Positions 37,936-55,617 of a stretch of DNA of 64,000 bases are shown here, piece after piece. Both the position numbers and the translations under genes were made by a program. The notes under the pieces are model-generated. The model had not been told where the DNA came from. It did not search any database and saw only the letters and a list, made by a program, of their open reading frames with translations. The stretch lies in assembly GCF_009914755.1 (NCBI RefSeq), contig NC_060926.1. The stretch is one strand, 5' to 3'. The DNA comes from the human T2T-CHM13v2.0 reference genome, Homo sapiens. How positions within the stretch are numbered: the stretch's first letter is position 1; every line of letters begins with the position of its first letter.

Positions 37936-38519
37936 TTTTACTAAATCACTGAGTTTTCTACCTATTCATGGAAAAAAATTCTAGTTGACTCACTTTTTAA
38001 TGCCTCTGAATACCTGTAATATATTTGTCTCCTTTGCACATAAATCAAAGGTCAACTAATTAATTCTTTAAAGGATCTTTAATTCTTAGACTAAAGACCG
38101 TTTTAATCAAATTTTCTATACAACATTTCATTGCATGCTGCAAATTAGTTTCACACAAGATGTTGGAAAAAGGCTAATTTTTTATTCTTTGAAATTAACC
38201 CCAAGTAACTTTTCTCTTTGAATATTTGTATGATTTTTTTCTTTATCTTTGACAATCAAGAATTTCACCAAAATAAGTCCAGTAATGCCTCTTTACTTAT
38301 TTTCCACAGAATTCCATAAATCTATTCCAGGTTGCAGATATCTGCCTATCTTTCTATTTTTAAAGTTCTGAAAATATTTTTACTCCCTTGTTTCTTTCTC
38401 TCCCATATAAACTTATTATTGCTAATTTGTTATCTCCATTCTCTGCTTCCTCCTATATTTGGCATTTTCCTTCCTATCTTTATGCTTCCCTTTCCATTGG
38501 CATATGGCTTCTGGTTCCC

Positions 38520-38712
38520 TGCATCAACCATTTCTACATGTAAATGTATATTAGAATCACCTAGAGGACTTTTTATAACACACATTTTCAGGACGAATTA
38601 TATCAATTGAATTAGACTCTGCAAAGGGAGTTTCTTATATTTGTGTATATGAATCAGTCCATGTGATTTTTATGCAGTTGGCTTGTTGACAAGAATTTGA
38701 GAACCAATATTC
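38520..38712. mobile_element. MER5-like remnant
   Basis: ATTAGAATCACCT...GTGATTTTTATGCA...TTTGAGAACCA. Confidence 0.55.
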
Positions 38713-39235
38713 TAAATCATGTTTCTGTCTCACTTTAGTGTTAGCTCTGTACTCCATTGCCTTCAATATAGATTTTTTATTTTATTTCTCTGAATTATTT
38801 TCTTATATCTGCCTACTCTATTTTTGTCTTAGCTAGTACTCTTTCTTGTCATGTCATTTAACTTCTTATTTCATAGAGTCTGTAGAACCAGATGAAATTG
38901 CATTTTCTTCTGTGTTCACAGGCATGCATTTCTCCCAGATCTTAAGTAGATTAATTTCTTCTTTTTATGCTATAAAATCTTTCCATAGGTTTCTTGAACT
39001 AGAAAAGATATAGCCAAGGTTAATATGCCATTTACTGCCAGACTTTCTTTCTCAGAATACATACTAGAACAAAAGTTAATCTATACAGTCCCTAGTGAAA
39101 TTTTTATTTTATAATTTTTTTTATTAACTCTCTCATTTGACATGGGGAAATGGGTTCTTTTTCTTTGATTACCCATTTTTTGAATACAAATAAGTGACTT
39201 ATTTCTGAATACTATGTAAGAAGAAAATTTCGGTC

Positions 39236-40585
39236 TCAAGGGAAGAGACTAGAGAACCCAGAAATAAAGGTGCATACCTACAGCCATCTGATTTTTTACA
39301 AAGTTGACAAAAATGAGCAATAGGGAAAGGTTTCCCTATTCAATAAATAGTGCTGGGATTGCTGGCTGGCCATATGCTGAAGAATGAAAACTGGACTTTT
39401 CACTACATGCAAAAACTTACTCAAGATGGATGAAAGATTTAAATGTAAGACCTCAAACTATAAGAATCCTAGAAGGTAACCTAGAAAGCATGATTCTGGA
39501 CATCAGTCTCGGGAAATAAGTTATGATTAAGTCCTCAAAACAATTCCAAAAAAATTTGACAAGTGAAACCTAATTAAATTGAAGAGCTTCTGCACTGCCA
39601 AAGAAATTGTCAGTGGAGTAAACAGACAACATAGCGGATGGGAGAAAATATTTGCAAACTGTCCATCCAGCATCCAGCAAAGGTCTAATATCCAGAATCT
39701 ATAAGAATCTTAAACAATTGAACACGCCAAAAGCAAATAACTTCATTAAAAAAGGACAAAATACATGAACAGACATTTCTCAGAAGACATACAAGTGGCC
39801 AAAAATATGAAACAATGCTCCACATCACTAATTATCAGAAAAATGCAAATCAAAACCACTATGCGATAATATCTCATCCTAGTCAGAATGGCTGTTATTA
39901 AAAAGTTAGAAAACAACAGATGCTGGTGAGGCTATGGAAAATAGGGAGCTCATACATTGTGGTGGAAATGTAAATTAGTTCAGCCACTGTGAAAAGCAGT
40001 TGGGAGATTTCTCAGAGAACTTAAAATGGAACTACTATTTGGCTCAGCAATCCCCTACTGAGTATGTATATGAAAAAAAAAAAGACAAATTGTCCTGCCA
40101 AAAAGACACATGCACTTATAAGTTCATTGCAGCACTATTCACAAGAGCAAAGACATGAGATCCACCTAAGTGCCCATTAATGTAGACTGGATAAAGAAAA
40201 TGTGGTATGTATACACCAAGGAATACTACACAGCCATAAAAAAGAATAAAATTATGTTCTTTGCAGCAAAATAGATGCAGCTGGAGGCCATTGACCTGAG
40301 TGAATTAACACTGGAACAGAAAACCAAATGCTGCATGTTCTCACTTACACATGGCAGCAAAACACTGGATAAACATGAGCATAAAGAGGGCAACAATAGA
40401 TACTGGTGACTACTAGAGGTTGGGGCAAGGGGCTCAAGGGTTGAAAAACTAACTATTGGGTAATTGGGTACCATGTTCAGTGCCTGGGTATTGGGTTCAA
40501 TTGTGCCCCAAACTCAAACATCATACAATATACCCAGGTGGTGACAAACCTGCTTCTAAAATAAAAGTTGAAGTCATAAAAAAAG
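39236..40585 (+). mobile_element. 5'-truncated L1PA15/16-like element
   Basis: Sense ORF2 3' end plus 3'UTR (GGTTGAAAAACTAACTATTGGG); degenerate TSD AGAAAATTTCGGTC / AGAAAGTTTCAGTC. Confidence 0.9.
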
Positions 40586-40944
40586 AGAAAGTTTCAGTCC
40601 CTTATGGACACTGAGTATTCCCAGAGCTTTCCTGGCTTTGCCCTTACCTATCACCAAGGATATCCCAGGTTGCACCTTATTATAGCCTATGCTCTTTACT
40701 CCTGGTCAAGTTGCACTGCTAGAAGATGTGTCTTCATTAATGGATGTAGGAATGAAGTTATTGATAGATGATGGAGGCATGGAAGAAAGAACCAATTCTG
40801 GCTGTTGTAGATAATATACCTTATATAAGAGGGAAGTTAGTAGTTCCAGGTCCATTCCTCTGGTATTGGAGCTTCTTGGAAGTGAGTGGGCACTTTCTCT
40901 TATGTAATTTTTCTTTAGCTATATTGTTGATTCAAAGATCTAGA

Positions 40945-41255
40945 CCAGCACTATCTCCTAGAACTATGCCAGCCACACAATGTAATTTAAAATTTTCTAG
41001 CAGCCACATTTAAAAATGCAAATAAAAACAAATGAAGTTAATTTTAATAATATATTGTATTTAACTCAATATATACAAAATTATTTAAACACGTAATCAA
41101 CACAAATAATTATTTATGAGGTATTTTACATTCTTATTTTTGTTTGAAGTCTTTGAAATCTGATGTATTTTTTTTTTTTACAAAATTTTCCATGTGAAAT
41201 AGCCACATTTCGAGTGCTCGCCAACATGTTGCCCTTGCGCAGTCAGCTCTGGACA
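40945..41255. mobile_element. MER33-like hAT-Charlie element
   Basis: TGTAATTTAAAATTTTCTAGCAGCCACATT...TAGCCACATTTCGAGTGCTC. Confidence 0.8.
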
Positions 41256-41777
41256 TTGATCACTTCTCAGTCCACTCAACTATACAATTTTAGAAGGGGC
41301 ATTTCCTCCCAGAGTTTAGCAACATCTTTATAAATATCTTTGGCTTTTACTGTGAGAAGTTTGACTGTGTGAATTCAACACAGCTATCTAGCAAGTGTTT
41401 CCCCTGAAGGAGCCTGACATTTAAAATAAAACAGTGATTTTATTGTTTTGAATATTAAATATGGAGTATTATCAAAATACAATACAATCTTCAGTTAGTT
41501 GCTTTACTACAATAGGAAAAAAATCTGATAAGAACTGCCTTATTTGGCTTTTGCTGTAAAAAGATGCTCAATATTTACATAGTTTGTTGATTTTAAACTG
41601 ACTTCAATAACATTTCTTAGAAATCCTTGAAACAGATTATTTCTTTCCCTCAAAAGTCCAAATATTCCCATATTTTTGTGCAAACAGCTGACAAATTGAA
41701 CTTTTTTCTTCTTCTGGAACACCAGCTTCCTTAACCTTAAACCTGATGAGTATACCCCATTATTCCCATATGCACTA

Positions 41778-41913
41778 ATTTCTTTTTCCAATCTACATTA
41801 ATGGGCACTCAGGTTGATTCCATGTCTTTGCTGTTGTGAATAGTGCTGTGATGAACATACAAGTGCATGTGTCTTCTTGGTAAGACAATTTGGGTTTTTT
41901 TTGGATATATACT
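41778..41913 (-). mobile_element. Isolated 136-bp internal L1 fragment (probable inverted copy of 40061-40201)
   Basis: No tail and no TSD; shares variants with the upstream L1. Confidence 0.85.
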
Positions 41914-43329
41914 GTGAGAGCACTAGGGGGGAAATTTTAAATAATCATATTTGACACTATTTTTGAACCCTTTAGATTTCCATCTTCTAGAATCCTCAAG
42001 TCTCCTAGGCTTTAAAATAACATATCTTTTTACTTCAAACAGAGGGAATTTAGCTGGATGATCCAGTCCTGGCAAGACAATCAGTAGTCATTATCTAAGG
42101 AAAAATTATAGCAAGTTTGGAGTATACTTCAGGCTATGATCTTTCTAATACTAGAAACTATTGTCATACTTTCCCCGATTAAATGTGAAGTGCTGGTAGA
42201 TCTTTTCACAAACAAACCTATTTAATTTTTTTCCATGGCTCTTTTCTTTACTTCAACTTAGAATATTCTTAATAGGAGAGCTAAAAATATTTCTGTAGAA
42301 TACTCTTATAATGCCTTTGTTGGAGAATGTAGGATTAATGTTAATAAACAGAATTATCTCTGACTCTTGCAACGTAACTGACAGTTTTCAGGAATCTGTA
42401 TGGCCCAGATTATAACAACCCAGGTCCTAATAAGATGTGACATGATGTAATTCTACTAGGACTAAGAAGATGTTGGGTTGTTGTGGTATGCACTTAACTG
42501 GTGACTATTTCACTGTAGCATAATGTCCAGGTTAAAAAAAAAATCATCTCCACAGAGTAAGCCTGTGAGATAATTAGCCACCTTTGAGGATGGCTAGTTG
42601 TCCTTTCCTCTATGATGTCAAAGTGATTATCCATGCTAAGGTGAAACACAAATGAGTCAAAATAATTTATTTTTTGAGACAACTGAATGATTTTTCCCTG
42701 GTGAAAGGAAGAAATAGTTTGATTCCTCATTAATCCACAGGGTCTTCCAGCCTCACCCTCTTTTTTTGTTTGCTTTACAAAGGCCACTGAGGACAAATGT
42801 GAACAAAACTCAGGGATAGTTCTCCTTCAAGAGTCATTTCCCAATAGAATTTTGTCTTTTCTAACCACCTTAACACAGAATTTCCCTTTGTGCTTATTTC
42901 ATATGTGTGAAAACATTTAATAAAAATGGTGTTAGCATTGAAACTGTGGATATGAAATTAATTGGGGAGATTGTATGCTTATGATTATTGGTGTGCCTTT
43001 TTGTACTATATTTTAGTGATCTAACAATAATTCAAATTATGGAATGGGAAACTTCTGAAAAACAGGTGGTTTCTAAAAAGAACAACTTTTTTTTTTTTGA
43101 GAAAAACCTTATTGCGCTAAGATGGACTACCATCTTAGATGACGGACACAGTGTCATTGCATATCTTGGACTACAGAATAAATGAGATAACAGTATGGTT
43201 TGTATAAAGAGCTGTTCAGGGACATTCTTCAGGGCAGCTTTGTACACAAGACAAATATTTACTGAGCTTGCTTCATGAGTCGAAAAGAATGCTTGCTCTG
43301 TTCAATGATTCTAACACTTAATCTCGTAG

Positions 43330-43580
43330 CAGCAAATATGTAAGGCTTTGGAAAGATCATGGCTGTGAGGAACATCTGAATTGGGTTGGATTTTATCACT
43401 CATCAGTAATGTAACTTCATACAGTATTTAAATTCTTTAGGCTCCATTTTCTCTTCTGTATAAAAGTGGTTACGGTTGTTGATAGCTACTGCAGAGAGCT
43501 GTTGAGATTAAAAGAGTAAATGCGAGTGCTTCAGTCATCTTACCAGATATATAGTGGGCACTTTATAGATGCTAGTGTTT
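43330..43580 (+). mobile_element. MIR remnant
   Basis: GCTCCATTTTCTCTTCTGTATAAAA...GTTGAGATTAAA. Confidence 0.55.
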
Positions 43581-45194
43581 TTTTGCCCTATAGTCAGAAG
43601 AATGTTGTTATTTGTAAACTTCTGCTTTTAATCTGTTTTAAAATTATTATTTAATTAACAATTAAAATATGGAAGAAAATAAAACAGGATTACACTTTGT
43701 GAGCTCAGTAAGTCATATAAATGTCTGACAGAGAAATAAATTGATGGTATATTACGCTAGCCTGTGACTGTTAACGCCATTTGGATGCCTGCTATGGAAA
43801 GAAAACATGTATGTTAAACATACCTCCATCTTCACTACTTAGAGGCAAAGTAAAAGAGAAAATATTGCTTTTGTTTAATCTTATTGCAGAATAATTCTTT
43901 TAAAGTTCAAGTCTAAGGGAAACTAATATATAGCATTTTCTGGTTTTAAAAGTAACTTTCTTTGATAGAAATCCATTATCATATCTTTGTTAATTGGGGT
44001 TTGTAAAAATGTAGTGTAAATTTTGAATTTCAGTGAAACTCTGATGGTGACAAGTTTTATTCTTATTTTCTCCTGGAGGCATCCATGAAGACCTCCTCTT
44101 AAGGATGGTGTACAAAAGTGAAGATAAAATTAAGTATATTTTACAGGAGAAAAGATGTTTCATGAATAAATTGATGTGTGCTAGTAAATTCAATGTGTAG
44201 CATTCCTTTCTTGATATAGTAGCAATTCAGTTGTAAGCAGGTTAAATTTAGGGTCCTCTTAAACCACTGTTTCTTTGCGCTCTTTCTGAATGATGAATAT
44301 TTCATTTCAAAAATTTATCTGGGGAATTTTACAGACTGGGAAGAGAAGATTATTGTAGTTTTTTTATATTGTGTTCAGATCTCTTTTTTATTGTTATTTC
44401 CACTCAATTTAAAGAACTCTTTTGTATAACACTTTCTATAACAGAATATGTTATTTAGAAAGAAATTTAAAGAATGAGTAAAGAAAGAATTATTCTTAAA
44501 TGAATATTTTATTTCAAACTTGTACATTTTCATTGGTGCCATCTGTAATTGAGAGGCACTTTGAAATGTCTTAGGAAGCTCAGCAACCTCTGGCAGTTTC
44601 TCTCATTTCATCTGTCTTTACATACAACTATGACAGAAGTGGATTGGCACATTGCTAACCGAGTTCCCTGAGGACTTCTTGTTGTGGTTGCTGTTTAAGA
44701 CATTATTCATGCCTCATTCAACAATAATTTTTCTGACTAACAATCATTTTTCTCACCATGTCTCAGCAACAAGTCCTATGACTTTCCTCTAGTAATTTTT
44801 GTTTGTTGCATGTTTTAAATAGAATTTTATGTTTCCAATTTATGCTTGTAAGTGTGAGTCTGTGTGTGCATATATGTGTGTGAATGCATGCATATTTCAA
44901 GGAATCCAAAGTGAGATTATACGAAAATCAGGAAGATTTTCAAAAAGCAATTTTGGATGCAGACTCCAGGGTAGAAAGATATTTTATAAGAACAAATGAT
45001 CTACAAAGTTGCAAAAATTTGAGGCGTGCTATGCTTTTGATTTATTTGGGTATCTGGGTGATTTGTTGGCTGCAGGTCTATGTGAATAGATCTTTGTTAA
45101 ACTCTGGAGTAAAAATATGCTGCCCGTAGGAGCCTTGTTGATAATAACGCTTCAAATGCGTTACTCACCTTGCAATCATCAAATGCCACAAGTG

Positions 45195-45712
45195 ATAGAG
45201 AAGCCAGATCAACTGACTCAACATTTATTCCATCCTTAATATGTTTTCTGTATGGCAGAGACTAGAAAGCTTAAAAATACATTTCTCAGACTTCCTTTGG
45301 AGCAGAAGCTCCAGATGTAATTTAAATTTAATCAATCAGATGTACTCAGGAGAGGCTTGAATGCAGAGCAGGGTGAAGTGGGGAAAGGGAGGGTGTGGTG
45401 GGGTCATGCATTTTCCTGGTGCATGGCCTGACTCAGGAACCAGCAGTTCCAGCAGCAGCTTCCTGATCCCTGGAGCCTAACAGGGTTACTGTCTTGATTC
45501 CCCATTTTCCTAACTGAAGCTGAGGTAGAAGTTTCCTTGTTGAGCCAGTTTTGCCGTGATGACCTGCGAACTGTTCTTTGAGGTCCAGCCCAGAGCAAGT
45601 TTCTCCAAAACATCTAACAATTTTGGAAGTACCTCATTCTTAGTACTAAATCTCTTTGGTTCACAATAGTCACATTGTTTTCTGTCATCTGCAGTTGAAC
45701 ATTGACTAACAC
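45195..45712 (+). mobile_element. ERVL LTR (LTR50/LTR33 group)
   Basis: TACATTTCTCAGACTTCCTTTG..., 3' end TTTTCTGTCATCTGCAGTTGAACATTGACTAACACA. Confidence 0.55.
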
Positions 45713-46813
45713 ACACATACTTGATAATTTTTCTCTTCTTGTGACTTGTTGCTTCACCACAACATTTTTCCTTGAGTGTTTACTTTAATCACTACCTATA
45801 TTAAACAATATCTACTTAAAGCCAACATTAACAGAGATAATCTTGCCTCTATTCACTGCAGATACATAGTTAATTGAAAATTAATCCAAGGGATTCAGAG
45901 ACAAAATTGACATGAGAACAATTTCACTCTTAGTTTTCTTGGGGACTGATTTTCAGAGTTAACACCATATATTAATAATATGAATAGTGATGCATTTACA
46001 ATAATAATGAAAAGCCATTTATAGATTGGCAATAGTTACGTTCAATTTAGCAATTTAGGTAATCATTGTTATAGTTTATTATAGATGAAAATGTATTAAA
46101 TTGTATAAGAACAAATGCCTTCTAAAAGCTTAACAGTCTTTTCTGATTGTTTTATAAAACTCTATTGCTGTTAAAAGAAACAAGGAGATGATCTTTTAGC
46201 AAAAAGGAAAATCTGCATTTGGGATTTCTTTTTGTTGAAATATATGTTTTTCTAATTTTTTTTAGTTGATCTCTTCAGATTTGGCAATGCACAAAAATGG
46301 ATTTGTCTTTTTTATTTTTAATAAATTTTATTTTTTAGAACAGTTCTAGATTTATAGAAACTCTATGAAGATAATGGAGTTCCTATATATTCCCTCACTC
46401 AATTTCCTCTATTACTAAGATTTATGTAACTACAGTATAGTTGTTATAATTAGTGAACAAATATTAATACATATTTTTAACCAAAATTTATACTTTATTC
46501 AGTTTTCCTTAGTTTTCACCTAATGTCCTTTTTTTTGTTCTAGGTTCCATCCAGGATACCACATTACATTTAATTGTTCTGTTTCCTTAGCTTCCTCTTA
46601 GAGATGAGTTTCTCAGATTTACTTTGTTTTTGATGACCTTCACTGTTTTGAAGAGTACTAGTCAGGTATTTTACAGAGTGTCCTTTAACTGGGTATTGTT
46701 TGATGTTTTTCTCATAATTAGATTGAGGTCCTGGATTTTTGAGAGGAAGACCACAAAGATAAAGTGTGATTTTTACTACATCACATCAGGGGAGAATATA
46801 CTATCAACATGAC

Positions 46814-47169
46814 TGATATGGTTTGGGTCTGTGTCCCCACCCAAATCTCATCTTGAATGGTAATCTCCAGGTGTTGAGGGAGAGGCCTGGTTGGGGGTGA
46901 TTTGGATCATGGGGGTGGTTTCCCCCATGCGGTTCTCATGATAGTGAGTGTGTTCTCATGGGAGCTGATGGTTTTATAAGCGTCTGGCATTTCCCCTGCT
47001 TGCACTTCTCTCTCTCACCTGCCGCCATATAATACGTGCCTTCTTCCCCTTTCGCCATGATTGTAAGTCTCCTGAGACTTCCCCAGCTGTATGGAACTAA
47101 ACCTCTTTCCCTTATAAATTACCCAGCCTTGGGTAGTTCCTTACAGCAGTGTGAAAATGAACTAATACA
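46814..47169 (+). mobile_element. THE1 (THE1C-like) solo LTR
   Basis: TGATATGGTTTGG...ACTAATACA; perfect 5-bp TSD ATGAC at 46809-13 and 47170-74. Confidence 0.95.
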
Positions 47170-48866
47170 ATGACTTATCACTGTTAATGTTGATCTTGAT
47201 CATCTGGCTGAGGTGATATTGTAAGGATTCTCCACTGTAAAGTTACGGTGTTCTTGTTCCCTTTCCACACTGGATGGAAAGAAGTCACTATTTACAGCAC
47301 CCATTAAGGACTGGGGAGTTATGCTCCATCCATTTGAGAGTGGAGTATCTGTAGAAATTGTTTTGAAATCTTCTGCATTGGAGATTTGTCTATTCTTCTC
47401 ATTTATTTGTATCAGTATCGACTCATAGATATTCATCTTATTTTGGATTGTAACCAATGCTACTTTATTTCTTTTATTGTTCCTTCTATTCCAGCTTTGA
47501 CCATTGAGAGCTCTTTCAGTTGACTTCTGTGTCCCTTTGACACCATCATTGTGTTTTTTGTTTAACACTTCCTTGCTTTCTGGTAGTATAAGATATTCTA
47601 ACCTTATCTTATATTATTTCCCCCTCTAGTCCTAGAATCTGCTTGTTCTTTCAGGAAACCTGGTTCATTTTAGTGAAGGATGGTAGTAGGAGCTATTAGA
47701 TGTGTTTATTGGTACTGAAGATGTGCTAATTGATTCTAGGCCCTCTCAAGTTCCAACAGAGCAAGGAAATATGCGTATCTATACTAACCTATGTATATAC
47801 CCATATCTATCAATATTTCTATGTGAAACCATCTGTATCTATTTTTAGCTAAACCTGAGTTTATAATGACATCTCTGGCTCATATAATTCATTATCATAT
47901 GGATCATCCTAGCCTCGTTTTGCTTACCTGTAACTTCACACTTCAAGAGTGAGAAAAGTGGCTCCCATCATCTACCACCTGTTTACTTAATAACTAAACC
48001 ACCTGTTTACTTATTCAATTCTAGTGTACCTATACAGTGGCATCGGAAGTCTTAATGTATACTTTCATAGGAACAACTTTCTCAATTAAAATATGGTGTT
48101 GGTGTACAGTTTCTTTTGCCTTTAGTCGTATAAACTCCACTCATTTACATGGTTACTTAGGTCAGCACCTTTTCCTCTACCTTTTCTGTGAGATAGTTTC
48201 ATACATTTATCATATAGTTAGACTGTTTTCTCATATTCTGCATTCCATTCTGGGACCTTCCCAAACTTTGAAATAATTTTTAACAATCTGCATACATTAA
48301 GTTTCTCTCTTTGGGCTGTGAGGTCTATGGGTTTTCACAAGGTATAATGTCATGTACCCACAATCACAGTATTTTGCAGAGTAGTTTCAGACTTCTAAAA
48401 GATCCCCCATGTTTCACATATTCAACCCTCCTCAATACCCTGAACCCTTGGCAACCACTAACTTTTTAGCATTACTACAATTTTATCTTTTCAGCATTAC
48501 TACAACTTTATCTTTTCAAGAATGTGTCATAAGTGGAATCATGCAGTATGTATCCTTTTCAGATGTAGCAATATTAAGGTTCCTGTGTGTCGTTTCATGG
48601 CTTCATAGCTCATTACTTTTTATTGATAAATAATATTTTATTGTGTGAATGTACCACAGTTTATCCACTCATCTACCCATTGAAAGATATCTTTATTGCT
48701 TTCAGTTTTTGATGATTATGAATAAAGCTGCACATATTCACATGTAGATTTTTATGTGAACATAAGTTTTCAAATGAATAAATACTTAGATGAATGATTC
48801 CTGGATCATATTATAAGCCTATGTGTAGCTATGTAATAGACTACCTATCTTCCAAAGTGGCTATAA

Positions 48867-49553
48867 AAATGTTAATTCTGCTTTTAGTTCTTTAAGGAAT
48901 CTCCACATTGTTTTCCATAGTGGTTGTACTAGTTCACATTCCCACCAGCACTGTAGAAGTGTTCCCTGTTCACTGCATCCATGCCAATATTTATTTATTT
49001 TTATTTTTTTAAGTATAGCCATTCTTGCAGGCGTAAGGTCATATCACAATGTGATTTTGATTTGTATTTCCCTAATCATTAGTGATGTTGAGCATTTTTT
49101 CATAAGTTTGTTGGCCATTTGTATATCTTCTTTTGAGAATTGTCTATTCATGCCCTTAGCCCACTTTTTGATAGGATTGTTTGTTTGTTTTTCTTGCTAA
49201 TTTGTTGAGTTCATTGTAGATTCTGGATACTAGTCTTTTGCCAGATGTATAGATTGTGAAGATTTTCTCCCACTCCGTAGGTTGTCTGTTTACTCTGCTG
49301 ACTGTTCCTTTTGACACCCAAAACTCTTTAGTTTAATTAATTCTCAGCTATTTATCTTTATTTATCTTTGTTTTTATTGCATTTGCTTTTGGGTTCTTAG
49401 TCATGAAACCCTTGCCTAAGCCAATGTCTAGAAGGGTTTTTCCAATGTTATCTTCTAGAATTTTTATAATTTCCAGTCTTATATTTATGTCCTTGATCCA
49501 TCTTGAGTTGATTTTTGTATAAGCTGAGAGATGAGGATCCAGTTTCTTTCTCT
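48867..49553 (-). mobile_element. Internal L1PB-like ORF2 fragment nested in the older L1
   Basis: Less diverged sequence (AGTTCTTTAAGGAATCTCCAC..., GCCTAAGCCAATGTCTAGAAGGG) lacking both termini. Confidence 0.8.
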
Positions 49554-49560
49554 GGCCTGG

Positions 49561-49638
49561 TGTTTGCTTGAGCCCAAGAGTTCAAGACCAGCCTGGGCAA
49601 CATGGTGAAACTCTATCACTCCAAAAAGAAAAAATAAA
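49561..49638 (+). mobile_element. FLAM/AluJ left-monomer fragment with A-rich tail
   Basis: TTGCTTGAGCCCAAGAGTTCAAGACCAGCCTGGGCAACATGGTGAAAC. Confidence 0.85.
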
Positions 49639-51466
49639 GTTCATTCCGGCCAATGATGAATAAGAGTTTCTTGTGTTCTACCTTCTCACTCACATTTGGT
49701 ATTGTCAGGACTTGGATTCTAGCCATAGTAATAGGTGTGCACTTCACTGTTGCTTTAATTTGCAATTCTATGGTGACAAATTTTTAATTAAGTTATTCTT
49801 TTCTTAATTTTTAATTTTTTAAAGTTATTTCTAATTTTTAAGTTATTTCTTATTGTTGCACTTCAAAAATATTTTTGTATATTTTGAAAAATAATTTCTC
49901 TCAGTCTATGACTTGTCTTTTGATTCTTTTAAGCATCTTTCACAGAGCAGAATTTTTAATTTAAATAAATTCTAATTTATCAAATTTGTCTTTAAGAGAT
50001 GTATTTTTAATATTGTGTCTAAAAACATCACCAAGTCCAAGCCTTAATTTTTTTCTGTTATCTTCTAGAAGTTTTATGATATTATGTTGTATATTTCAGT
50101 TTATGATCTATTTGGAGTTAATTTTTGTAAAAGGTCTATGTTTAGATTCATTTACTTGCATATAAATGTCTAATTATTCCAGCACTATTTATTAATGAGA
50201 CTCTCTAGGATTGTCTTTGTTCCATTGTCAAAGTTCAGTTGACTATATTGGTTCAGCTCTATTTCTGAACTCTTTATTTGGTTGCGTTGTTTTATGTGCC
50301 TATTTTTCTCACCAAGACCACACTGTCTTGATTGCTGTAGCTTAATAATAAGTCTTAAAATCAAGTAGTGTCAATTCTCCAGCTTTGGTCTTTATCAGTA
50401 TTACATTGATTCTTTTGTGGTTATGCCTTCCATATAAATTTTAGAATCAGCTTTTTCATATTCACAAGATAGCTTTCTATGATTTTGATTGGAATTGAAG
50501 TAAATCTTAACAATTGACATCTTAACAATATTGAGTCTTCCAGTTAAGGAACATAGAATACCTTTTCATTTATTTAGGTCTTCTTTTATTTCTTTCGTCA
50601 GAGTTTTATAGTTTACTTCATGTAGGTTCTTTATGTATTTTGTTAGATTCATATGTACATAATTTTCTAGCAATTATAAATAACATTGTGTTTTTTAATT
50701 TCAAATTTCAATTATTCATTGCTATTATGTAGGGAAGCAATTGAGTTTTCTTATTAGCTTTGTATTTTGCAACCTTGCTATAACCATTTCTTTTTTTGTT
50801 GTTTGTCTTATTTTATTTTTTAAATTAACTTCTCTATCACTCACAATATAGTCACTTCTTAGTTCCAGGAGGGTTTTTTCCCTGTGGTGAATTCAATGGG
50901 ATTTTCTATATAGACAACCATATCCTCTTTAAATAAGACTGTTTTCTTCCTTCCGAGCCATATACATTTTATTTCCTTTTCTTGCCTTATTTTACTAGCT
51001 AGGGCTTCCAGTGTACTGTTAAATTGAAGTGCTGAGAGGGGACATCCTTTCCTTGTTCCCAATCTTAGGGGAAAGTATTCGTTTCTCACCATTAAGTATG
51101 ATGTTAGCATAGTTTTTTTGTAGATGTTCTCATCAAGTTGAAGAGGTTCCTCTATATTCCTAGCTTGATCAAGAGTTTTTATCAAGTATTAATGTTAGAT
51201 TTTATGAAATGCTTTTGCTCCATTAATTCATATAATTATATGATTTTTCTTCTGAGGCATGTTCATGTGATTATATTAATTAATTGTCAAGTGTTGAACC
51301 AGCCTTGCATACCTAGAATGAATCCCCCTTGATCATGGTGTATAATTATTTTTTCACATTGTTAGATTCAATTTGCTAGCATTTTGTTGACAATTTTTAT
51401 ATCTATGCCTATGAAGGTTATTGGTCTGTAGCTTTCCTTTCCTGTAATATCTTTATGTGGCTTTGA

Positions 51467-51955
<489 letters not shown>

Positions 51956-52725
51956 TGAAGTGTATTTATCATTGATTCAATGTCTTTAATGCATATATAA
52001 GCCTATACAGATTGTTTTTCTTTGTGTGGGTTTTTGTAGTACATGTCTTTTAAGGAATTAGTTCTTTTCATTTTAATTATTATATTTGTACACATACAAC
52101 TAATCACAGCATTTATTTATTATCCCTTTTAAGTCGATGAGACCAGTAATGACAACTCCTACTTCATTTTTTTATATTAGGAACTTGTGTCATTTCTCTT
52201 TTATTCGTGGTTATCCTGACCACTACAGGTTTATCAAGTTTATTGTTCTTTTCTAAAAATGAGATTTGTTTTCATTGATTTTCTCTATTGTTTTCCTGTT
52301 TTCAATTTTATTGATTTCCATTCTAATTGTTACTATTTTCTTCTGCTTGTTAGTCTTAAATTGTTCTTCTTTCTCTAGTTTCTTAAGGTGGAAGGTCAGA
52401 TGGTTGACTTAAGATCTTTTGCCTTTTCTGAAATACACATTTAATGCTGTACATTTTCCTCACAGCCTTATTTTAACTTCATCAGTTGTATTTTCATTTC
52501 CATTTACTTCAAAATATTTAAAACTTTTTTTGAGATTCTTCTTTGACCCACATTCTATTTAGAAGTTGTTTGTATTTTTAAAAGAAAAAATATATTCATA
52601 GGTTAGTTTCTTTAACTTTTTTTACAGGTAGAGTCACGTAGTACTTGCCTTATAATTATGTAGTAATAGATAGATAGACATGATTTTTATCTGAGACACC
52701 TAAATGTGTAACTGTATATTTCCTA

Positions 52726-55521
<2,796 letters not shown>

Positions 55522-55617
55522 TCATCTGACAAAGGGCTAATATCCAGAATCTACAATGAACTCAAACAAATTTACAACAAAAAAACAAACAACCCCATCA
55601 AAAAGTGGGCAAAGGAC

